DNA of 64,000 bases. Source: Octopus sinensis. Taxonomy: Eukaryota. The translations under genes were made by a program, and so were the position numbers. The notes beneath the pieces were generated by a model, which saw only the letters and a list, made by a program, of their open reading frames with translations, had not been told where the DNA came from and ran no database searches. Below are positions 53,853 through 64,000 of the stretch, one piece after another (within the stretch, counting starts at the first letter, position 1; each line of letters opens with the position of its first letter). Location: the NCBI RefSeq assembly GCF_006345805.1, contig NC_043001.1, positions 94,488,001 to 94,552,000 of the forward strand, written 5' to 3'.

Positions 53853-54460
53853 ATAAATCAATTAGAATTACGGTAAATATTGTTTATATTTTTACTTAGA
53901 TTTATTAAACGCTCTGAGTATTTCACTCTCGTATAATTTAAAATAATTTGCCTGCATCCCATTTTAGTCGACGTAAATATTATAGATATAAGTATCGTTT
54001 TCAAATACACAGTATATTAAATGCGTATGCACCATATTTAATATTGGTGTGCAGCATGTTCGGAAATATCTACTATTACTTATGATGAACCCAGAAATGA
54101 TCGAAGTCACTGTGGTTTTGCATTAAAATCAATCGCCCTTCCTTCTGTCAACACATCTATTGAAGTATTTCATCTCCTTTACTTCCCTTGCTCATACTAT
54201 CGTTCTCCATTTCGAAATTCGACAATTGCATGTATAAGTACAAATCATCTTTACGTAGTTTTTTCCAGCTCCCTGAAATTACGTATAATAATTTTTTTAA
54301 TATTAGAAATGGAGTGGACTAAATAGATTGGGTTCGCAACGAAACGCGAAATGAAAAGTTTCCCTTCCATGTAGAATAAGATACCAGCATATCCCCTCTC
54401 AGACAAGCTATATAATATCTTGAAGTATGTATCACAACGAATGAATTTTTAAAAATTATT

Positions 54461-54760
54461 TGTGCCCTTTTCAAGCCTAGCCAGGCTCATGGCCCCGCTT
54501 TCCCGGTTTCTATGGCGTATATGTCCCCCTCCCCCAACTGGACGGGACGCCAGTCCATCGCAGCGTTACTTAAGAAACAGGAAGAAAGTGTGAGAGAAAG
54601 TTGGAGCGAAAGAGTACAACAGGGATCGCCACCCACATCCCCCTGTCAGAGCCTCGTGAGCTTTAGGTGTTTTTGCTCAATAAACACACACAACGCCCGG
54701 TCTGGGAATCGAAACCGTGCTCCTCTGACCGCGAGTCCGCTGCCATAACCACTGGGCCAG
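54461..54760 (-). mobile_element. tRNA-derived SINE (family D)
   Basis: Aligns to 8914-9222. Confidence 0.85.
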
Positions 54761-55793
54761 TGAATGAATATTAGGTATAATATGAAGATCATATATTACT
54801 CAAAGAATAAATGTAATGACATAAACTAATTGTGTTTTAGTAAATTGAGAAAGTACAGCATCATTCATACACTTCTATATTACTACTATCAATTCCTTAA
54901 AAGAAAGGGACAAGTGAAAGAATTTTGTCTTAACAAGTACTGTCTGACAATTACTTGCACCAACTGGATCTTCATATTTCAGATTATAAAATATATATTA
55001 AAACAGGCATTATTTCATCAGTCGGAAATATTCATCTGTCTCCAGTATGACAGCTAGCACACTCAGGGGTTATAAAATATATATCGTTAATTCGAGACGG
55101 AGAATATTTTATTACACGTTTTCCGGGTTTATACTGCATTTTAAAGAAATTTGATTTTTTCTCAAGGAAAAATTCGCGTCTAGCTGACGACTTGTTTCTA
55201 AATGTTAACGAAATACGAACCAAGCTTTCCTTCAACCATGCACATGAAGAGAATAATATGTTTGTCATTAAATAATGGAATGCAAAACATACTATACTGG
55301 AACACATCATTAATGATTGCAGAAAAATTAAATGATATAAAATGGAATAGAATAAATATTCTCTATGTTTTGCATTAATTAAAACAATAGCGTCAACTAT
55401 CATTTGGTTATAAGAACATGTGTTATTTCCTTTTCTAACATGTCTGGCACAACTCCAATGGGAAAAAAAAAATCGCATCCTAATTATTGTATTAAAGATG
55501 TTGAGTAATAATTAATTTTTTTTTTTTTGGATTTGAAAGTTTTATTATTCTTTTGTACATGAAATATTGCCGACATCCAAAATACGTTATCATATAAATG
55601 ATTAATAATTAGGGAAATCGACCCCAACAATTTTAAACTACACAGACTTTTACATAAACTAAATGTCGCCGGAAGTAAAATATTGTAGAGAATGCAAATA
55701 TATTCTATTTTTTATAAAGTCAGATGCATATGTGCATATGCAAATATATATATATATATATACGCGAGAAAGAAGCAACAAGAATGGATAGGT

Positions 55794-55884
55794 TTTTAGT
55801 ACGATCGTTTCATACAAGGACAGGTTTTATTAAAAGTTGCAAAGATTACAGCATATAAACGAGTCCCGTACTCATCAGCTAAAA
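55794..55884 (-). ncRNA. Hammerhead ribozyme, inverted pLTR copy
   Basis: Reverse complement of 59088-59177 with a 1-nt indel in stem II; core intact. Confidence 0.85.
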
Positions 55885-56017
55885 TACATGTAAGTTCTCT
55901 AGACATCCTAGTGTTTGAGGCTATACACATGAAGTAATGTAGATAATTAAACAGATTTCTAAAGTTCATTAAAGTTCTTTAAAGATGATGTACAGTCTTA
56001 TCACAGAATTTTAAAAA

Positions 56018-57635
56018 ACATTTAGAAAGGAAGGCGAAGTCACGAATTACGTAAATAAATTATCAAATCATCCCCCAAATATAATAGAATCTTTAGTAAG
56101 AAATATTTCATTAAGAATTTCAAAATTATCATCCAATAAGGATATATTTAACTCCCATTCTGAGCATTATAATACGGCGTTAACTAAGGCTGGATACAAC
56201 CAAAAGATTACATTCGTTGATAAGGGGAACTCACGTATTCCTAATAATGAAGTTATCAGTATCACGTAAGCAGCAAAAAAGACCAAGCCCGAAATAAAAG
56301 TAGAATTAAATTAACGGTAAACGCTAATCTAGAGTACAGGCCCAACAATTCAAATAGAAGCATTGACCAGAACATAGGTAACTCGGATAAGATTGAAGTA
56401 GATAAACCTAAGATGCACACAAATAAAATAAAAATAATGGTAATAAATACAATAACTCCGGTGAGATGAATAGTAGTAATTCTACGAACCCTAAATTTTA
56501 TAAAAAAGATATATTATGGCTGAATATTCCTTTCAACTGTGCGATACAATCGGATATACAGAACAAATTCAAACTGATTCTGGAAAAAAATTTCCCTATC
56601 TCTCATAGATATCATAGAATTATTTCTAGGAAAACAGTTAGGATTTCTTATTCAACCCTCCCAAATATGTCCACTTTAATAGCTAAAATTAATAATAACA
56701 ACATTAACTAGCCAGGAAAGATAGAAATAAAAATAATAATATCAGCATGAATACCAATAGCAATAACAATAATACTACCAACAATAAAAACAGCAATAGG
56801 AACTATCAAAACATAGGTGAAATTAGTAACCACAGAATGACTAATAACATTAACATTAATAGTAATAATAACAATGCCGATATTAATAGAAGTAATATTG
56901 TTAATAATAGAAATAATAGAAATAATAGAAATAATAGAAATAAGGCTAATGGAGAAAATAAGGAGAATGAAAATATCAGTGATATCTATAACAATAATAT
57001 GCAGTTGGATAAAAAGACTAACAATAATAATAACATTACGATAATATAAGACATCTTGGTAGGACTTTACACCTAAATGATGAAACAGAAGGATCAATAA
57101 ATAATAGCAATACTTTAGATATCAGCACCAACTATAGAAATGATAATCAAAATAATAGGAACCTTAAACATCTACCCAGGAATAATCCAAGGCCTGAAGT
57201 TGTTCCTCCTGTGTGTAAGTGTAGAATAAAATCAAAATGCCCGCACCTGGTCTATGTAGGGAAAATAATGTAATCTATAAATGTACCATATCCACGGAGA
57301 ATAACAAATATTTTTACATTGGCTGTACAATTAATTTTTTAGCCAGAGTTAGAAATCACATCTCGACTTTTAAATTACGTCATAAAGCTGGTACCACCAC
57401 ACTTTCAAACAAAATCTGGGAACTCAAAAATAATAATAAAAATTATACCCTTAATTGGGAAATAGTTAGGAGAGCAATTCCGTATAAAAATAGTAGGGTT
57501 GGTTGTCAACTATGCTCCATGGAGACGTACGAAATTCTAAAGCATAGTGAACATAGAAACTTATTGAATAACCATATCGAACTAGGTCAAGTTTGTGTCC
57601 ACGCTAAATTGAAGACTTTAAAATATTTTAAATGA
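56018..57635 (+). pseudogene. Penelope ORF remnant: RT C-terminal/thumb region, linker and GIY-YIG endonuclease (frameshifted)
   Basis: TFRKEGEVTNYVNKLSNHPPNII...ALTKAGY; WLNIPFN...HRIISRKTVRISYSTLPN; CKCRIKSKCP/PGLC..VIYKC...YIGCT..F..R..NH...TTLSNKIWELK...CQLC..E. These match PLE signatures from established knowledge. Confidence 0.92.
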
Positions 57636-59087
57636 TTGGAATATTCATAACTAGATAGATAGATATAACTTGATTTCTACTAGTATAGCACTGCTTTAAG
57701 TAGATAACTAAGAGTTCTCACATTACAGTTATCTTTATCTTTTTCCTTATATCTGCATCAGTTTTTTGAGAACAGGGAAATGAATAGTACTTATTCGCTA
57801 CTTAATTGAGGCTTTATTTAATTTCAAACTCACATTTTTAAATTCTTAATTTTAAATCTTAATTGTAATATTTAATTTTAATTCCTAAGTTAATCTAATT
57901 TAAGTAGCATAACTCTAATAAATTATAATGAGTTACTGTAGCCCCATAATTCTATTTCATAATTAAATAAATAAGGCTATTCCCTCGGTGATAATATGAT
58001 TATCTTCATTATGATAGACAATCCCCTAACACCTTGTAAATGATCTTATAAGATTTGACCTGTAGTCAGTCAATGTATGAATAATAACGACAACTCCTTA
58101 AGACAATAAAATGAATAAATTAAATAAGTAAATTTTTAATGACTTTTTGATAAGATTATACTTAGATTTTCCTAATGTATTTTCTGGTGATTTTAGCATC
58201 TGACCCCTTAACCCCTGACTGTGTTATCTCTTTAGATTCTCTTTAAACTCATAGCTGATTTCAACAGCAATAAATTAACGGTTTACTGGTCAAAGAATAA
58301 TATTCTCCTCTAGTTCCTAGATGCCTGTTGATTAAAACCAGACTTGCAGTCTACTAACTCTTCTGTATAACTAGAACCCTCTTTTTTTCTTTTTTTCTTT
58401 TTCTTTTTTTCCCTTCTTTCCCTATTTCTTTCTCTTTTCTCTTTTGTCTTTTTCTTCTTCTTATTCTCTGTTTCCTTTTCTCTTCTCTTTTAGTCCCCCT
58501 TTCCCCCCCCTTTTTGCTCCCTCCTCCATTATTTTCTCTCTTTTCTTCTATTCCCTTCTCTATTCTTGGCCGATCTAGAAAGCCCTTCAGCCTTTAAGAG
58601 TTAAATAGCTACAGCCTCTTGTGAATAGCAGTAATGTGATTAATGTGGCAAATACCTAATCATATAAAAAGGATTGATACCTACCTCATTGTGTTCAACC
58701 ATTGTAAAATTTATCGCCTGTGAATATGAAATTCATCTCCATTTCTCTGGAAATTTACATCTACACCATTGGAATCTGTGCATCTATACAAAGGATTAAT
58801 TCACCCTCTCTGTAATGCTAATAAGCAGGAATTGAGACCCACCTCGTTGTAATTAACAATGGATAAATTTGTCTTCTGTGAGTATATAATCCCTCATCAT
58901 ATCTATGGAAATTCATATGGATTAGGTCACATTCTCTGTGATGCTATCAAAACTTTTTTAAAATTCTGCGATAAGACTGTACATCATCTTTAAAGAACTT
59001 TAATGAACTTTAGAAATCTGTTTAATTATCTACATTACTTCATGAGTATAGCCTCAAACACTAGGATGTCTAGAGAACTTACATGTA

Positions 59088-59177
59088 TTTTAGCTGATGA
59101 GTACGGGACTCGTTTATATGCTGTAATCTTTGCAACTTTTAATAAACCTGTCCTTGTATGAAACGATCGTACTAAAA
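59088..59177 (+). ncRNA. Type I hammerhead ribozyme in the Penelope 3' pLTR
   Basis: TTTTAG-CTGATGA-GTACGGGAC...GTCCTTGTAT-GAAAC-GATC-GTA-CTAAAA; palindromic stem III ACGATCGT; predicted cleavage after 59171. Confidence 0.88.
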
Positions 59178-59324
59178 ACCTATCCATTCTTGTTGCTTCT
59201 TTCTCGCTTATAATCACCCCACATTACTGTATTGTTAAATCAGTATAGTTTTTTTTGGTGCATCTAAGTTAGGTACCATATTCAAGTAAATTCTTTTAAA
59301 TTAACTTGAATCTTTATTGCTCTT

Positions 59325-59379
<55 letters not shown>

Positions 59380-59381
<2 letters not shown>

Positions 59382-59520
59382 ATGTCTGTTCGGCCAAAGG
59401 GACTGATATAATAAGTACTAGCCTTACGAAAAATAAGTCCTTGGGTCGATGTGCTCGACAAAAGGTGGAGCTCCAGTAAGGCTACAGTCAAATGACTGAA
59501 ACAAGTAAGAGAGTAAAAGA
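59380..59520 (+). mobile_element. SINE 3' fragment (related pieces at ~1845-1905, 38225-38283, 40425-40530)
   Basis: CAGTCAAATGACTGAAACAAGTAA motif or its reverse complement. Confidence 0.6.
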
Positions 59521-59809
59521 GTAAAAAGAGAGAGTTGCCTCATATTCGTATATGATATTCTGTATAACAAGTGAAGGGGCATCAGCGGCAAGAACTACTT
59601 TAAACAGTCCCTTTGATATACTTCGTTAAGTGCAATTCTTAATATGGCTGATATATTTAGCGATTATAAAGATAAGAGATTGATCCCATTTCTATGACAA
59701 CGTGCAGATAAATACATTTTAATTGCGACATAATGATCTAATTATTTACTGATTTCAATGAACTAAATAACTACAACAACGATGACTACGATGACGACAG
59801 TTACAACAA

Positions 59810-60880
<1,071 letters not shown>

Positions 60881-61653
60881 AAAGTGTTAAAAATAAAACC
60901 AACAATTAAAATATTAGTAGTAATTAATTAAATTTATATCGTGATAGATGATATGTTTATATTTATTTTATTTTATTCTGTTTTTGCTGTGATATTCATT
61001 GCGAGTTTCGTATTAATAAGGAATAAACTACAAATACATTCCGAATCACCACCACCAGTTTCGTTGGTTAATTAGTTTTCATATCGTAAACTTGGTAATA
61101 TGATTTAGCTGGCAGCTGTCAGTTGATTTAGGGTAATTAGAAGATACATGTTTGAGCTGGTCAGATTAAGTAATGGCATCAACAGAACGCGCTCAATTTC
61201 CGTTTAATTAAATCAGAGCGGACACGACAAAATTGGTCTCACAATAGAAATAATACTAGTTACAATAACATCATCACTAGCAACATAAACAAAAACTAGA
61301 GTAGCAACCATTTCTAATTATCAATTCGACTAAAGTAAGAATGCCATCGACAGGAAAACTTTCAATAAAAACAACTATACCAGTAACAATAGAATCGATA
61401 GCTTTAATAAAAACCAAAACCATGAGAGACAATGGTAATAATTGCAAATCCAGCAGACGTAGTCGTCTAGAGCGACTTTCGGAATGATGGTAGCAACAAC
61501 TAGAAGAAATAAAAGTATTAGAAGATTTAGGTTGCCCCTGTTATTTTTCTTGATATTGTTACAAAAAACATTTTAAAGTATTAACAACTGAAACTGAATT
61601 CGTAATAATAGTTGCTAACGTTATAGCTTCACAACAACTGTTACTTCTGCTGC

Positions 61654-61728
<75 letters not shown>

Positions 61729-61784
61729 CGTCGTCGTCGTCGCCGTCGTTGTTGTTGTTGTTGATATTATTAGTATTATCATTA

Positions 61785-61864
<80 letters not shown>

Positions 61865-61875
61865 TTAATATTTCA

Positions 61876-62431
61876 TTGAGTGAGAGAGCAGTGCATGACA
61901 TCAAAGTGACATTGGGGTAAAATACACGAAGTCCAGTATACCCATCATGACTACCCGTCTGTAAGAGTACACTAGGCAGATGCATCACAACCATATCTGC
62001 GTAACATGGTGATCTCATATGAAGATAAACAGCGCATGACCTTGCAGATGGGGCCCAGTTAGAATTTTCTTCTGGTCGAGTAGCCCATCTCACTCAAAAG
62101 GTCCCTGAAAAAGGTTTGTTTAAGTATGTTGAACGAAACACCTATGCTTCCAAATGTGAAATATTCAAGCCCCAAAGAATCTCTCTCAATACACGGCTAT
62201 CATGCTTCTCCACTACTTGTGCTAGTGATCAGAGATGCACATATCATCAGCCACCAAGGGACATGCTCAACTGGTTAAGGTCAAACAACTGACAAGCAAA
62301 TCTGTGATATTGGGCAGAATATTTGCTGTAGCCCATCTTTTATACCAAGACAAAACCATGTACATGATTACACTTCCAATCAGTTAAGATCAGAAGCCCC
62401 GAGTGTCACTGCCTGGTACTGCATCAGGGCA
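61876..62431 (-). mobile_element. ~550-bp non-coding interspersed repeat associated with (TAA)n
   Basis: Reverse complement of 63256-63790; flanked by (TTA)n. Confidence 0.8.
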
Positions 62432-62485
62432 TTTAATTGTTGTTGTTGTTATTATTATTATTATTAATATTATTATTATTATTAC

Positions 62486-62524
<39 letters not shown>

Positions 62525-62532
62525 TTTTTTTT

Positions 62533-63010
62533 CGCCAATGAGATGAAATCGAGTTTCCTTGGAAAATGGCGCAGTTAATATTAATATTTTTATGGTCAAC
62601 ACACAAGCAGAGTGGTATAATTGGAAATTCATATTCCACATTGACATTGTCCTTCAGGAAGCTTGAAATCACGGGAGAAATTTTGAAGATATCCAGCGAT
62701 TTCAAGATCCATGAATGCGGTATGCTGTCGAAGGACTTTTTATAGTCAATCCATGCAGAACTGAGCTTTCTGTGTTTGTTATGACTGTTCTCAAGGATTA
62801 TGCGATTGATTAAGAGATGGCCTTTGCATCCATATGAGCCTTGTCGGCACCTTTTTTGTTCAGTGGGGAAAATATTGTTCTGTTTGATAAATTTGCATGT
62901 TTTCTCCACGAGGATGGATGTTAAAATTTTCTACCCGTCAGATAAACATCTTATGGGCCAATAGTTTTGGGGAAATTTGCATTCTTTATTCTTCAGGAGT
63001 AGGTAAGTAA
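62533..63010 (-). mobile_element. R4/Dong-like reverse transcriptase fragment
   Basis: PQNYWPIRCL; EQKRCRQGSYGCKGHLLIN; SAWIDYKKSFDSIPHSW; IFQG. Confidence 0.9.
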
Positions 63011-63140
63011 CATGCACTGGGGGGGGGAGATGTAGTCGACTTAAGCCCGCGCAAAGCTGCCCTTGTAGCAAACATTCGACATCATTATCATTATTATTAT
63101 TGTTATCATTATCATCAGCATTACTACTACTACGAATAAT

Positions 63141-63204
<64 letters not shown>

Positions 63205-63255
63205 TAATAAAAAAAAAAAAAAAAAAAAAAATAATAATAATAATAATAATAATAT

Positions 63256-63790
63256 AGGCAGTGGCTCTCATGGCTTCTGATCTTAACTGATTGGAAGTGT
63301 TATCATGTACATTGTTTTGTCTTGGTATAAAAGATGGGCTACAGCAAATATTCTGCTCAATACCACAGATTTGCTTGTCAGTTGTTTGACCTTAACCAGT
63401 TGAGCATGTCCCTTAGTGGCTGACGATATGTGCATCTCTGATCACGAGCAGTAGTGGGGGAGCATCATAGCCATGTGTTGAGAGGGATTCTTTCGGGTTT
63501 GAATAGTTCACCTCTGGAAACATGGGTGGTTCTTTCAACATCCTAAACACCCTTATTCAGGGACCGTTTGAGCGGGATGGGTTACTCAACCTGAAGAAAA
63601 TTCTAACTGGGCCCCACCTGCAAGGTCATGTGCTGTTTATCTTGATATGAGATCACCATATCGCGCACATATGGTTGTGATGCATGTGCCTGGTGTACCT
63701 TTATCAGACGGGTAGTCATGATGGGTATATTGGGCTTCGTATATTTTACCCCAGTGTCACTTTGATGGCATGAACTGCTCTCTCACTCAA
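63256..63790 (+). mobile_element. ~535-bp non-coding interspersed repeat associated with (TAA)n
   Basis: Second copy, flanked by (TAA)n. A related fragment is at about 27995-28160. Confidence 0.8.
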
Positions 63791-64000
63791 TAATAATAAT
63801 AATAATAATAATGATAACAATAATAATAATAATAATATTGCTATTGTTGTTATCTTTTGTTGCGACGGCGAAGTCGGACAGCCAATTAGAAGATTCTTTA
63901 GAGCCGGTTAAAATCCTTAGAGGCTTTTCGCCCGCCAACTTTCACTTTCATCCAATGATTCGTATCGTTGCAAACGACGTATCGCTGCCTCCCTGAAATT

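Larger units (their letters stand above)
55764..59327 (+). mobile_element. Penelope-like retroelement, 5'-truncated, with inverted 5' pLTR copy
   Basis: Decayed ORF with Penelope motifs. 55764-56018 is the reverse complement of 58954-59207. HHR in the pLTR. Both ends abut (TA)n. Confidence 0.92.

Noticed and set aside
63256-63400. HDV-like ribozyme at the 5' end of the TAA-associated repeat
   Set aside because: No P1 partner or nested pseudoknot could be found by eye.

Overview
AT-rich, microsatellite-dense eukaryotic genomic DNA, either intergenic or intronic. The tRNA-head SINE families, (TA)n/(TAA)n density and transposon set suggest a cephalopod such as Octopus; this is an inference, not a database result. 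No host protein-coding gene could be identified, and most ORFs in the supplied track are microsatellite artefacts. The window contains decayed mobile elements: mariner, piggyBac, Chapaev3, non-autonomous Helitrons, RTE, L1/Tx1-like, R4/Dong-like and Penelope elements, plus several SINE families. The main signal is a set of type I hammerhead ribozyme (HHR) motifs in several different sequence families. The most notable is a non-coding head-to-tail array of about 3.5 near-identical 488-bp units at 41.8-43.5 kb. Three complete HHRs recur at that spacing, the monomer is highly structured, a 5' inverted duplication precedes the array, and the whole insertion sits in (TA)n. It resembles a metazoan retrozyme or non-autonomous Penelope derivative. 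A 5'-truncated Penelope element (RT C-terminus, GIY-YIG, HHR-bearing inverted pLTR) lies at 55.8-59.3 kb. Further HHR copies are at 17.1, 49.6/51.8 and 53.5 kb, with a decayed one at 7.1 kb. All ribozyme calls are by-eye motif and base-pairing analysis; activity is untested.
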